From Paecilomyces variotii (taxonomy: Eukaryota), in assembly GCA_004022145.1 (NCBI GenBank), contig RCNU01000017.1: a DNA stretch of 64,000 bases; one strand, given 5' to 3'. The position numbers and the translations under genes are program-made. This document shows positions 1-13,491 of the stretch, piece after piece. The notes under the pieces were generated by a model. It ran no database searches and had not been told where the DNA came from. It saw only the letters and a list, made by a program, of their open reading frames with translations. Each line of letters opens with the position of its first letter. Position 1 is the stretch's first letter.

Positions 1-674
1 TCTTTGATCATGATGGCCTTGCTGAGATATCCATCGTCCTCCTCATCATCATCACCCACAGGCGTCTTATTCTTTCTCTTCCATACTTTATTCAGTATAG
101 GATATCTCGCCCAGAGAAGATCCGGAATATGAAATATCCATATTACCAGAAACACAACTGAGCCCAAAACCGCAAATACCTTTCCTAGCGTGCGGAACCA
201 GCCGAATAGATCGACTTTGGCGAAGAAGAATGCAGTTTGACCGAATCCAGACCCAGATCCAGACTCAGGAGGAAGACGAATCATCACATCCATCCCCGAC
301 CAGAAATACCACATAATATACCCCATCATAGCGGTATAAATAACCACTCGAAGAATCGCTTCATTGATACCGCTTTTTATTTGGATGGCAAGTAGAATAA
401 ACGGCCACGCGGCGCCGAATACGATGAATAAGACGATTAGGGGTTCTATAGCGTATACTTGGGGTCGGTGGAATGTGAAGAGGAGTAAGCCTGCGAAGTT
501 GGCAATTAGGAATATGGTGTTTGAGGTGCGTATTGTTCGTGCGCTTCGTGTTCGTATTGTTGTGGCTAGGAATGTTGCAAGCCATTGGAGGTAAATTCCG
601 AGACGGACGCCGAGGCCGTATGTGTCTGAGTCACCGGTGAATTTGGTTGTTGTTGTTGTGTTATTTGGAGTCAT
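1..674 (-). CDS. Multi-pass membrane protein of unknown function, 3' end runs off the window
   Basis: ATG at 674 opens a frame that reaches the left edge (hence absent from the ORF track): MTPNNTTTTTKFTGDSDTYGLGVRLGIYLQWLATFLA...VGDDDEEDDGYLSKAIMIK. Several hydrophobic segments; the D-x-Y-G-L-G-V-R-x-G-x-Y-L-Q-W start resembles fungal hypothetical membrane proteins (from memory). Confidence 0.75.
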   Translation of the reverse strand, partial: MTPNNTTTTTKFTGDSDTYGLGVRLGIYLQWLATFLATTIRTRSARTIRTSNTIFLIANFAGLLLFTFHRPQVYAIEPLIVLFIVFGAAWPFILLAIQIKSGINEAILRVVIYTAMMGYIMWYFWSGMDVMIRLPPESGSGSGFGQTAFFFAKVDLFGWFRTLGKVFAVLGSVVFLVIWIFHIPDLLWARYPILNKVWKRKNKTPVGDDDEEDDGYLSKAIMIK

Positions 675-1784
675 ATTTGGGGAAGAGATATAAAAGGATG
701 AGGGGATATGTTAGATCAAGAGGGCAGGGTCTTTGATTTAAAATATTTGAGCCGAAAGAGGCTCAGCTTAGCTTCGTGCAATGATATAACTAGTAAGATC
801 GTTTCCTTAAAGTAAGTAAGCAACTAGTTAAACAAACCTGCGCTAGCTAACTACGTGAATAATACCATCGTGGGGTCCAAAATGCCCTCTATCTACAGTA
901 CTTCTTTTGGAGATGGAAGGTTCAGCCGTACTGAAGAGCGATCTGATCGCAGAGGATCGGTGGAGAGAATTAGTTACTTTGTCTGCTGTTTTTAATGCGT
1001 GTCCTCACACTATCTACGCCACTTTAGACTTATGTTGTCGGCCATTCGCCTGCTATATGCAGACTTAAGATTTATCCATTTAATGCCAATTTCATATTAT
1101 CATCGAAACTCTTGTTAACAGTAAACAACCGAGGTAATTCTACATGTAATGCAAGGCAGTCGTTTTGTCGCTTCTTGTATGTACATGCAAAAGGATATAT
1201 ATCTATTACATATCCTTTTCTTTAGATAGTAGACAATGGAGTCCTCGATAAAGTAGCTGGTATATTTTGCATTCTACAATCGTGTATATTATCTGGTCTA
1301 CTGTAGTGTAGGTGGGGATGGACCCCAGCACTGATACTGAGCAAATCAATTGGCAATAACTATGCAGCTAGGCGCTGGGTATACTTTTTGGGTTTATTTT
1401 GTTTTCTATAGATTCATTATACTCATTATGCCCGCAGAGCGAGACGGAGTATCTAGCAAGGATGGTCGTTGTTTGACCCATCCAAAAAGGTCAGATAATA
1501 GTATCAGCCAGACCGTGGCGTACTCTGCAGGTCGTCCCCTGGATATCGTCATGCACAGAGGCAACCTGCCACTGTAGTTTTCTGGACCGCCGCATAGCCA
1601 ACTCAGCAATATTCTGTTCAGGTTGCTGCTTTTTGAGCGTGTTTTCAATAAGCAAGAATATCAGACGCCGCGAGGCAACAAAGATTCTATGGTGGGCGGG
1701 ATTTTGCGGACCACTAGTTCGAAGAGTGGACACAGACAAAGGAGACCGGTTCTTTCGAATTAATTGGGAGTCGAAACGAAAGAA

Positions 1785-2513
1785 TCACACCTTGCTCTCC
1801 TGCCCGGTGAGAAGGGTGTAGACCGGTGCCGGGAGCTTCTCCCTTCCCTTGAGGAAGTCCAGCTCCATGATGAACACAAAGCCTAGGAGGGTAGCGCCCA
1901 TCTTCTTGACGAGATTTCCGGCGGCATATGCGGATCCACCTGCAGAACGAACAATGTTAGTTTAGTTTCTTTTTCTTTGGTCTATCCAGATATGCGGGGG
2001 TTATGGTCTGATCGTACCCGTCGCAATGATATCGTCCACCACCAGCACTCTCTGGCCCGGCTTCACAGCACCCGACTGCATCTGGAAGTGGTCCTGGCCA
2101 TACTCCTTCTGATAGGTCTCCGTCTCACATGGACCGGGCAGCTTGCCCTGCTTGCGCACCGGGACGAAGCCGGCACCGATTCTCAGGGCCAGGCTGGGGC
2201 CGAAGAGGAAGCCTCTTGCCTCAAGACCGACAATCACATCGGGTTTCTGGTCCTCGCCGTAGGTCTCGATGATGTGCAGCTCCAGGCATCGGGTCAGAGC
2301 CTCGTGCAGGGTGGGGTCCGCGAAGATGGGCATGATATCCTCGAACAGGATGCCCGGGGAGGGGAAGTCGGGGAACTGGCGCAGCGCATTGCGCAGTCTT
2401 ACTTTAAGACTGGCGAGTTCGGCGGTGCGGGAGGGATGGGTGGGGGACTGTCGGACCTGGGTGGTGGTGGCATCTGGTTTACCGGGGGGAGGATGTTGGG
2501 AGGTGGCAGACAT
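1785..2513 (-). CDS. APT1: Adenine phosphoribosyltransferase
   Basis: Exons 2513-2018 and 1939-1785 (intron GTACGA...CTAAC...TGCAG). Motifs [36 protein letters not shown] and PRPP-binding [13 protein letters not shown]; ends [16 protein letters not shown]. Confidence 0.96.
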
Positions 2514-4299
2514 GGTGAAGAAGAAGAAGAAGAAGAGAAAAAGGGAGAGAGAGAGGGAGGAGGAGGATGGGAGAAGAGATAAAAATAAAGTAAAGCGAGA
2601 GGCGATAAAGATACGACGTCTGTAACGGACCTTTTCGTTTCGTGACGAGTCGACTGCAGGGGGGGAAATCGTCAAAAAGAGCTGAAGGAGTTGGAGAAGA
2701 GGGGTGGAAGAAGAAAAAAAGTTCGATAAGTTACCGACGATACCATACATACATACTTACCATCACACCGCAAGCACGCCATGTCCACCAGCTTCAGCCC
2801 GGCGAAACCCAGGACGAAGCACCGGTGGCTGACTGCTCATCGGTCTTGTCGATCACTCTCGTTATACACAAATCAGCCTGTTTCTTGCTGCTCCTTTGCC
2901 TCTGGTGGATGCCTCCGTGCGCGTATCAGACGGTATCTGTACCGTTGGCCGGCCCGTGGCAGCAACTTATCGGCCCTGTTACTCCGTCGTCCTACAGCTC
3001 GCCGGAATCTATTTCTCTAGCCCCGAGTCTAGAATCCTTCCCAGCGCAGTCGAGCTTCTGCCAGAGATCCGGTCTGGCCGTGTTGAAGGAGGGGTAGGGA
3101 GCCATGGCGGGGGGTATCAATGGGATCAATGCCTACGGGTACGGTGCGAATAACGCATCGAGGAGCATGGATCGCAGGACTTTTGGCCCGGTCATTTAAG
3201 CGTGTCCAAAGTCCCGCCTGTGGCTTCGATCGATATGCCTAAGGCGGATGGAGGAGTTTAGTGTCGCTGACTCGTTGCAGCCCAATAATAACATCTGATG
3301 GTTAAGCCAGAGGGGTGGTATACATCAGCACCAGCGCAGACGGAAACTAGGTAGGTGAATGCAGTTACTGCAATCAGGGATCAAACTGACTTTGAGCTAG
3401 AGCTGCATCCTGTTCGATCGGAACGTTGTACCACCTATTAATTACTAGATGAGGATAATTAACTGTTACAAGCTGACTGTGAAGAGATATCTATCCATGT
3501 GAATATGGGTGCCTCAGGTTTCGATACACATCGCATGTCGACTTTCAACACACAAAGTGGCTACGGGCTTAGAGTATGCAATTAATTGCCTGTCCGTAAT
3601 GCACCGTTGAGCCGTAAGTATGCCGCTGCTCCCACATCGATCAACGAGTGCCAACAAGCGTCCCACCTACTAGATAGTTGGCAACTTACGACCCTTCCGG
3701 GATTATTATTAACTTATCCCCACCGTCCTGTTGCCTGCAGATGATCCCCAAACAGGAGTACTTGGAAATAGAACGGTTTGATATTGCAACCTGCGTGCTT
3801 CATACGCATACGAAAATACGGAGTATCTCACGATATTTCCCAATTGGACTTTATCCCACCATGTGAAAACACGACCAGTGGACGGCTATATATACATGGG
3901 ATCGCCCTCGTGTCCACTGCCTCTTTCGACGGTGGAGAAACTCGCGCAATCGAGATCTGTATTATTGAAACTATTGATCTATACTATACATAGATAGGCA
4001 GCAGGCGTGATCAAATCCCGACTTCGGAGATTCCTGGATCCGACGTGCTTATATAAGACGGTCAATCTCCTCGGTTTGTCAGCACGGGCCATCTCGCTTA
4101 AGTTAGCATCAACTCGGCTCTTCGACGACCTTGAAAAAGGCAGCAAGCTGGAAAAATAGCTCTCTTTTTTCTCTTCTCTTCTTTTTCCCGTCGCGGTCTT
4201 GGTCTTAGACCCGTCCTCTCTGCATCAGGCAGATGAGCCGCTTGCAGAGAAACCAAGATAGTCAGGCTAATATAGGAAAGAGGATCTCTCTCCATAACC

Positions 4300-6055
4300 A
4301 TGTCTCCAGGCCGTGTGATCGAGCATACGGACCAGGACAGTCACTTACAGACCTTGGCCAGGGGATTCGATGCTCTCCTGGTGACGGTCCAGATTCTCAG
4401 CTGCAAGGAGCAGGAGCTCCAGCGTCGACTGAAGTATTCCCACGAAGAGGTAAGGAACCCTTGCAAGCCTTAATCATCCATCACATCCTTCATGAATCAT
4501 CACCTACCCCCCTGTCCCCATCCACCTGTCTCAAATGACGAGAAAATCCGATTAGCTCTAGATCGGGAGTCGCATTTGCGGCGATGACGGTTTAACATGT
4601 ATTATCCGATGAGACATTCCTATCACCTCCTTGTTTTCACGTGTCATTCTTGCCACGGGCATCGCTGACAGCGCGGTCGTACAGTATCTGAAGCTAGCGA
4701 ATCGACTCCCCGGGGGACCAAGTGAAGATGAAAATGCTGTCGCTAACAAGATCGTCCATGGTGATGCGGCTTCCCCCGAAGGACCACAGACCATCCAGGA
4801 CATGGTCCACACGTTGCAACAATCTGGAAAGGTTGACGACCGTGCCCTCGAAGCCATCAAGCAAGGGTGGGAAAGCTTCGAGTGGGTGCTGCAACAGGAG
4901 GACAGTGACAGTGGCCTGCGCGTCCGGTCCAATCCATGTCTCATTGCTGCCTCAGCAAGGAGATCTTCAGCTTTAGAGAAGGACTTCACCACCAGTGGCG
5001 TCCAGGGTACCCTACGGTGTCCGTTTGCGAAACCAAACGAAAAACCAGTCTCCATTACTGGAACATCTAATCCCTCCAAGGGACCCAACGGTGATGTGTG
5101 TGGAAATGATGAAGCCTTAGATCCAATAAAACTTGAACGCAGTCAGGATAAGGTGTCCAGCCCAACTGCGTCGGCAAGGTCATCTGCGGCTCGATGCCCT
5201 ATAAGATACCTTGACCAACACTCCCCCGAGGAGGTTGCCCAGTATTTCGAAAACCATAAACATGAGATACCCAGAAGTCATGCAGTCTGCATACGGCGAT
5301 ATCAGAGGGATTCTCAGAGTATACGACAATTAGACGCAAAGTACGGTAGCCTGGTCAACATGATTCAGGGCCTTGGAGTAAAGCACCAGGTCTTCCTTCC
5401 AGGTCAAAGCAGAACCAGCGGGCAGGGCTCCAGCTCGGCCTCGGCGGAGCGCGTTGAACGATGGGCGGAAGATGTCAGTTCGAAATCAGGACGGCCTCCT
5501 ACCCTCACCCCTGTCGAGGAGGAGAGTCGTGCGGATGACGACGATGACAGAACTGGCCGGTTCGAAAGACCACTCCGCGAGGTCAGAGTTGGTGAATCGC
5601 CCAGCAGACCCTGGGGTATTCCTGTTCCACTATCGCACCCGACTCCTCCCAGCGCTATTCAGTCTCCGTCTGCCACGGTTCCAGAACCCAGTGACAAGGG
5701 TTTTGGCTCCAAAGGACAGGTCGAAAGTACCCTAGCCAACCCTTCTTTTGCATCAGCGGCCCCGAATGGAACGCCAGGGCGGCCCGCGGGTCGTTGTCCA
5801 TTCCATATCCCCAAGCAAGACGCGGCCGCACCCAGTGAAGGCGCATCGCGACTGCAGGAGCCGACACTGAATGAGAAGACTGCGGCTCCTGAAGACCCGG
5901 CCACCGGTCCTCATACCGTCACTCCAGACATGATGCGGTCAACCTCTCCGGCTCCGGCGCAGATGGTCTTTAATGGCCCAGTCTTCTTCGGTTACTCCGC
6001 TGAACAGACTATTGCGTTGATGCAGCAGCTGGGCAACCCTGGTGGCTCGAAATGA
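4300..6055 (+). CDS. Uncharacterised protein with N-terminal coiled-coil-like segment and three R-C-P-[F/I] motifs
   Basis: Exon 1 4300-4449 (MSPGRVIEH...QELQRRLKYSHEE), intron 4450-4684 (GTAAGG...GCTGAC...ACAG), exon 2 4685-6055 in the frame of the 474-aa ORF. Core CPIRYLDQHSPEEVAQYFENHKHEIPRSHAVCIRRYQ; C-terminal MVFNGPVFFGY. Confidence 0.85.
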
Positions 6056-6480
6056 GCTAGCCTTGGGACGTGAGGTGTGAACTCTCTAGTCGTGAACGTG
6101 TTCGCTGGCGAATTCTTTGTTTTGATGATACCTTAATGCCCTCATGAGAGAACGATCGTGTTTAGCGTGTATACAATACCATAGGACTGTCTAATTAACA
6201 TTCTATTATATTATTTTACAAGTGATGTATCCTATCAAGATACATGTCCTCTGTTGTCATCATTTACCTAGCATCCCAGTAGTACTCTGAAATACTTCTT
6301 TCTTCTACCCCTCGGCGGGGTTGACGGGCAAGTTTTCCGCCTCCGAACGCGGGCCAAAGCGGGAAAGTCCAGTCAGTCAGTTTCCCCTCAACTCACCAAC
6401 TAACGAGATACTCCAAAAGGCCTCCACTTTTCTCCCTTGGATTTCTTTTTGAAAACTAAACACCCACTTCCAATTGACTC

Positions 6481-7460
6481 ATGCTCAGAAGCGCTGCCAG
6501 ATTGAGTCTCACTTCCCAGCATCTTAGCTCTCTGTCTGCACCTCTCCGATCTGCGTCTTCGCCCCTCTCGACTTCCACCAAAGCAATGGCTGCTGAAATG
6601 ACCCCTGTTTTCACCAAGGATGCCTGCCCTCGTGAGTATTGTCTTTCGTCTGCTGTTCTTTTTATATCTTGATCCAAGATCTGCATCTGGATCTGTATCA
6701 GAATGTCAGAGTGTGAGGGGTAGATGGATCGCTAGCTAGCTAGCTAGCCTAGCTGAGCTACTGCCATCCCCCTACAGCTCTATTCCATGCCATGATTATA
6801 TCAAAGTATCAATTAACTGACTGTCTCGTTTCTCAAATCTAGCTGCGGGACCTTACGTACGTCATTGACCTTCCCTTATACCTATTCATCTCCTTCCCTT
6901 ATCACCGCCCACTCCAGAAATCTCCGACGGACACATCCCACATCACATACATACCTACCTATCAACCCCCCGTCAAAACACGCCATTGATCCTCCAAACT
7001 AATACTCCTCAACAGTCCCAGGCCATAAAGGCCAACGGCCAGGTCTTCGTCTCTGGCCAGATCCCCGCTGACGCCTCTGGAAACCTGGTCGAGGGCACTA
7101 TCGGCGAGAAGACCGAGGTGTGCTGCAAGAACATCGCTGCCGTTCTTGAAGCTGCCGGTTCGAGCATTTCGAAGATTGTTAAGATTAATGTATGTCATAG
7201 CGACCCCTTCTTGCATATATATATATATTTCTTTCCCTCCCTTTCTTGGTGAACCCCCGATGGAACGACCCGACTCATGCTGATCATAATGTTTTGTTTC
7301 TAACGGAAAACAGGTCTTCCTGACTGATATGGCCAACTTCGCTGAGATGAACGCCACGTACGAAAAGTACTTCACTCACAAGCCCGCTCGTAGCTGTGTT
7401 GCTGTTGCGCAGCTGCCGAAGGGTGTGCCTGTTGAGATTGAGGCTATTGCTCTGCAGTAG
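6481..7460 (+). CDS. MMF1: RidA/YjgF/YER057c family reactive enamine deaminase (Mmf1/Hmf1-like)
   Basis: Exons 6481-6631, 6843-6856, 7016-7189, 7314-7460 splice to ...[26 protein letters not shown]...[66 protein letters not shown] and VEIE are family hallmarks. Confidence 0.95.
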
Positions 7461-8235
7461 ATGGATAGCAAACCTCTCCTTAATGGTCAGTTAGTTAGTT
7501 AGGGAGGGAGGGAGAACTCCCGTTTTAACTATACTATACTATGCTTATATAAAATATGAATGAAATGAAGAATCTTGATATGAATTGAAAATATGTTGTT
7601 TGGGTTGGTTATATAGGTTAAATAAAACTACGAGAGAGAGATTCGTCTCGTTGCTGTTACGTACTTGCATTCTATTTTGGCTGAACTAACTTAAGTATAT
7701 AAGATACTGTGCATGCAAAAGCGTTGGGTTTAGCCTGCAGGGACTACAAGACTATGTACAGTATTATATTATAGAACAATACAGTACAGTACGGACTAGC
7801 CTGACTATTTACGTGGATACGTTCTCCTTACATAGAGATACTCTGTATCAGAGTGAAGAAAAGCATGTTATTTACGCATTAGTAAACCAAACTAGAATCA
7901 TATGCGAGGGGAATATTGCAGTAGGAGACACTTCTGAAATCCAGACACCAGCACAAGGAAACAAACTCGAACCATGATGCATGTATGTGTGCTGCCGACG
8001 TCAACGCTCAATCTAGCGGAATCAGAAAGGAACATCAGACAAGGGAATCGTGAAAGGGACATGCGAGAGAGAGAGAGAGAGATGTGAGATGTATTCATGA
8101 AATGTCATGGAAATTAAGTGGTGGGTCAGGTTGAGCGACATGGGTCTGAGTGTAGAATGTCGAAGATGCTGGTGTTCTCGAGATATGTTGGAGGATGTAT
8201 GTTAGATGTACTTGTACGATCTCTCAAGTTCATCT

Positions 8236-11200
8236 TCATCTTCGTCCGAGCATCCCGGTCATTCTCCCACCAGTTCCTGCCATCAAACTCTGCTTCACTA
8301 TAGCGTCTGCCGCTGCTGCTGCAGCAAGGCGCTCCTTTTGCCGGCTACGATCCCGGAGGTAACCGGCTGCTTCTGGGCGCATGCGGAGGATTCGAAGGAT
8401 CATGTCGTCGTTGGGCTCCGCTTGAGCCTCGCGGCGTTTCTCCTCTTTCGCCTTCTTCATTGTACCCAGGTTCCGCGAGAGCAGAATACTCTTGGCGCGT
8501 CTTGAATTTGGCATGCCAAACAGACCGAGCGATCCGCCCACCTGTGGAGGTGCAGATTGACGGTTCTTGTTTCCGTGCTGGCGCGAAACAGTCGCTGAAG
8601 CCATACGCTCCGAAGTACGGATGAGGTTCTCAGTCGGCTCGAAGTAGAAGAAGTTGAGAGTCTGGATCTCGTGGTATTTGGGTGATTTCAAGATGTCCAT
8701 TGGTACACCGTTCGCTTCGCCAGTTTCGTCGTCAACGGCATGGAAGAATTCAAGGAGCAGCACTAACCAGCGCGACACAATATCGACTTCTTGCATCGTC
8801 AACGGTCTCTGGTGCGACGGTTTATCAGAGAGCGGGGGCACAAGCAGACTCTCGATTGTAGCGAGGACTTCCTTCCACAGTCGCGCCATGACCATTCGCA
8901 TGGCCTCGGGAGTCAATGTTTTGTTCATGATGGCGAAGTTATCATTAAAGTAGGTGAACAGCGGGCTCAGTGCATTCTCCACTTCCTCTTGGGTAGGCGT
9001 GACGGTCGACTGAGTGCGGTTTCGATTGAGGAAGCTTGATACGGTAGAAATACTCAGTCCTCGGGACAGCAGTGCCTTTAGAGCACGGCGAGAAAGACAG
9101 TGTCCGATGTATGCAGAAAGCTGTGCTGTGGTTAGCAAAACGCGCCGTGTCAGATCGTACAGTGTCAACTGACCTTCTCGGTAATCTTGCGAGTCATATC
9201 CCTTTCTGTACGCTTCAAGGTTCTGAATGCTTTCCCGAAATAGAACTGTATGTCGTCTCTCTCACCCTCCATGCTCACACGCAGAAGAAGCCTTCCTTGA
9301 GTATCCAAGTCGAGCCAGTACTCCCGCGGCATAAAGTCGCTAAAATGCGCTGGGTCTAATTTGAGAGACGTTCGGCCAACGTAATCATGGTCGCCAACTG
9401 CATCCCAGTCCCATAGGGTTGCAATTATGTTCAGTGGGCCCTTCGTCGTGATATCGACAGTGTCATCCCACCTGGGGTTGAGGTTGTTGTATATGATGCG
9501 TGTTTTTGCTATGCGCTTTTGATACTCGTCGGTCAATACGACATAGGGGTCACTACTACCGTTGATATCGCATGCTTTCAAGTCCTCTGCTTCCACGATC
9601 TTGATAGTGAAAACATATGTCGTCAACTTCCGTATTTTCTGCGGCGTGATAGGGTTGTGCCTTGCAATGACCTCGGCACATGCATCAACATTGATTTCGC
9701 GTTCGAGCTTGTCGAGTTGAGTAAGGGCATATTCGATACTGTTCAGTTTTACGAGCGACTAGCTTGTGTGTCAGCATCCTGACTCTTGAAAAAGTGCACG
9801 GTGGGATTTACCTCGGGCAAGAATTGGAACGGCTCCACTTTGTCCTTGTTATTCCAGGCCTCCTTGGCCATCTGCATCAGCTTCTCCTGTCTCGTCTGGT
9901 TCAGAGCTGCCTCCTGCTCCGGAGTGAGCCTGTCCATTTCTTTGATAAACATCTGCTCGAGTAGTTCACAGTATCTCGCGACACCCTTTCCTATTGACTT
10001 GGACAGAGCAGTCATGAACTTGGCATACTGAAAATCATCGTCCCACTCAAGCTGAACCATCTGTTCGATGACCTGGTTGAAGGAGCGGAAGATGTCAATG
10101 GCAGAAACGCTATGTCGCTGATCCTCCTCTGCCACTTCGTTTCCTTCCTCAACGCGAACAGTGAAATCATCCCGTCTCACGGCTTGCTCTACCCATTCCA
10201 TGATCTTGTCATCCGTCAATCTAATCCAGCGCCAAACAAAATCGGCTAGTAGATCTTCAACGTGGAAAGGGAAAGACTGGCTGTAGGAAGAATAACGTCA
10301 GCCTGTATCTGTGTGTCATTGTCGAGGGAAAGTGTAGCATACCCAGGAAGATTCTCAGTGTAGAGACGTCGTATCGCAACCAACTGTCTGTACATGTCAA
10401 ACCCATCTTCGATGCCCACCTCAGTGCCCTGTTCTCGCGCGTGCTCAAGTATCCGTGTAATCATATCCCTGGCATCTTCCGCATACATAGGGAAAATAGA
10501 GCTGATCAGAATTTTGAGGGGATTTACACTACCATCGTTAGCAACACATCTTCGTGGAGGAACCGTTGGATCGAGCACATACCCCATGATCTCCGGGTTA
10601 TTTTTGTACCGTTTCTGTATCCGCTGAGCAAGCTTCGTTATATCCTCCCCAAACTGAATAACGTGGTCCAATTCCCAGTGCTCTTGCGTGGGTGGGACAG
10701 CTTTGTGGAGCATTTCCTGGTATTTATCTTTTGCCTTTTCAGAAAGTCCATCGTGGATATAAGACCTAAACCGATCAATATCTTGGGGGTTTTCAGTGTA
10801 ACTGGGATCCATTTGGATGTGATTATCCAGAATGTACATCACTGGGCCTATGGGCCGGGGCTTGGTCTCATAACAGTGCATCATGCAATCGTATAGCTCG
10901 CGGAGTAGTGCTTCGTGAAGTGAGGATAGGAGTTGTTGCATCAATAGAATATCATGAATCGTCCATCTCTTCCGGTCGAAGACAACCGAAGCAATGAAGC
11001 TACTGCGCTTTCTCCCCTCGTGCGCGGGGGCATCCTTCACAAACGTAAAGGCAGTATCTAAAGTGTCCAGATCAATCTCATTATCAACAAACTTCTCCCG
11101 AACGACGTCCAGAAATAGGACGACTCGACTAGAGGCCGGAATACGCCAGCGTAGACAGATCTCGTTGAGTAATTCACTTGACTGCTTCGAGAGCAGCTTG

Positions 11201-12540
11201 ATCGATGGCACTTCGGAAGTAGCCTGAGTAGCCTCGAGTTTCTGATCCCTCAGATCATGACTTAGAGCATGAGCCAAAATGAACCTGTAGACAGGCCTTG
11301 GATCGGACGGTATAAAAGTATACACATCGGACTCCGAAACTGTGTCGACGTCGTCTGCCAGCGACAGAGAACTGAGATCTACCGGTTGATCGATCACATA
11401 CGAAGTATTACCAGTGTTATCGGACAGTGTTCGTGACAGTTCCGAACGTGGCGAGTCGATAGGTGACTGCTCGCTTGCAAGAGAATTGAACTGCGGCAGG
11501 ATGCCTCCAGGGGTAGTCTTGGCCAGTTCAGGGTTTGACTGGACAATGGCAAGCATCATCTGAGAGAGATCGGGTCCTTCGGCCTTTTTCCAGGCCTCGT
11601 ATCCTTCCTCATTGTCAAAGTCGTCCTGGGAAAGAGTCTTTCCTGTCTTGAGGTTCAGGTGGGCCTGGTACGTCTTCAAGTCCTGCAGAGCTGCTTTTTC
11701 TGTCCAGATTGCTTTATTCCTGTTGATATCGGATTGCACCTGAGCTAGATCCATACCAAATATCCCAGCCACAACCTGAACAAGAGGCATATCCTTCACG
11801 TCGTAGCTAAGAGGGGCGACTACGCCGATGGTCGAGCTTGCACCGTTTGCCTCCGTGAGGTCCTGATCATGGGAAAGCAGCTTGGATTCCAGCACTGCCA
11901 GTCGGCTTGTCAATTCCGGCCTCTCCTTTGCCCAGTCTTCGGCCTTCAATATCAGGCTGATCAAGCGAACAAACAGTGCCACATGCCTATCCACCATCAA
12001 CTTCCAGCCGTCCTCGTCCGGACTGTGGCCCTTCGAGAGTTCCTTGGTCGCGCTGGAGAAGAATATGAGGACGAGATCTTCCACACGGCGATCCTTTTCC
12101 ATGCGCTTCTTAAATGACTGCTCCTTCAAAGTGTTGAGGAAAACAGCAAATGTCCGCACCACCAAAGGATCCTGATATTCCTTATTTCTCTCCTTTCCCA
12201 TGAGGACTCCCGTCAGCCTCTTCTCCAGCTCTGATATGAACCCATGCGGAAACCGTGTGCTCTTCGAGTCCCTGATCAGGGAGAAATCCTTCATAAGATC
12301 TTGAAATGAGGTGGAAGACCGGCGAACGTGAGTTTGCGGCGCGGGGACGCTCTGCGTACGGCGGGCTCGAGGCTGGAGTAAATACGACAGGTAGGCAACT
12401 CGTAGCGCGTAGGAATAAGCGACAGTCGTATTGACGATGCGCCTCCGCGAGAGGGACAAGACGCGCGAATGTCGGGCCTCATTCTGAAGGCTATTGATGC
12501 GTCGATTGACTCTGGAAGATTGAGTGGATGATGTCGACAT
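8236..12540 (-). CDS. Munc13-like (MHD plus C2 domain) protein, similar in architecture to yeast Yor296w / S. pombe Ync13
   Basis: ORFs 10246-12540, 9749-10219, 9165-9626 and 8236-9168 join across four short GT-AG introns (e.g. 10582-10529). C2 domain YVFTIKIVEAEDLKACDINGSSDPYVVL...NLNPRWDD...WDWDAVGDHDYVGR lies between helical MHD-type segments (HSVSAIDIFRSFNQ; PLFTYFNDNFAIM). Confidence 0.88.
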
Positions 12541-13491
12541 GGGAAGCTATGTTTTCTGTATCAGGACTCCAGCGGTTTTGGGGAATCACGGGGTGCGAGA
12601 GCATGGGTTCAGACGTGCAAGCCACAGCGGCCCAGGATGATCTTGTCCACGATTTTTATTTTCCCCGACTGTGCTCTGAGGTGATAAAGAAGGCCGAGCG
12701 GTGATATTGAATCTGGGTACGCAGTGCGCGAATCCCTGTAGCTGAGGCGGGGAGGGGAAGATCTAGGGGGAGAGTTGGACTCCCCTGAAACAGTAACTAT
12801 TAGTTAGTGGCTCAAAATAAACTGACGTAGACACGAAGGGCGGCAACTCTTGACACCACATCAGATAAAGCTGACGAGCGACGCAAGGAGACATGCGAGG
12901 AGGAACTGAACTAATAAGGCTATATGGCTATATTGGTGATTTCTACAGGCTTTATAGAGGAAATGTTGTCAACATTGCTTATACATACTGGAGGGGCCAT
13001 GTGGGGACACGCCGCTCTAAGTCCGCCGCGCCGTATGGCAATAATATTTGACTTGGGAGCGTCAGACTACTCAGGCCTTTTCTACGCTAGATAATACCGA
13101 TTAAAGAATTGACTCAAGATGCGAATCGAACCCCGTTCTCCCATCGCAAAATTTAAAGGCGGGACAAACCTCTCGAGAGTCAAGACTAAGATCTCCTTGG
13201 GATACATGATTGCTGTGCTCACACTTGGGAATGATGCACGTTGTCAGAAGTCGTCCTGCTAATCAGAACGGGCTGATTTAAAGGACATAGGTAAATGCTA
13301 AATGCAAAAACAAGTTAGTTCCGCATTTTGCAGACAATAGAATACTTCTTCGGAGATTGAACGGAAGCGGCGCAGAATCCTCCTTTCCAATAATGGCGAA
13401 TTGATCGATCCATTGGAAACGTATTGCTAATAAAACCTGAATTGACGCCGTAAAAGATAGCTATGATATTTACACAGATTTCTGAGTTCTT

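Noticed and set aside
10529..10582. Stop-free in-frame introns (54 nt here; about 51 nt in OSH1 near 43040-43090) read through by the ORF track
   Set aside because: Both have normal donor and acceptor signals and interrupt otherwise continuous protein sequence. Nothing indicates regulated retention.
13100..13140. GGTTCGATTC (B-box/T-loop-like) on the minus strand
   Set aside because: No acceptor, D or anticodon stems could be built around it.
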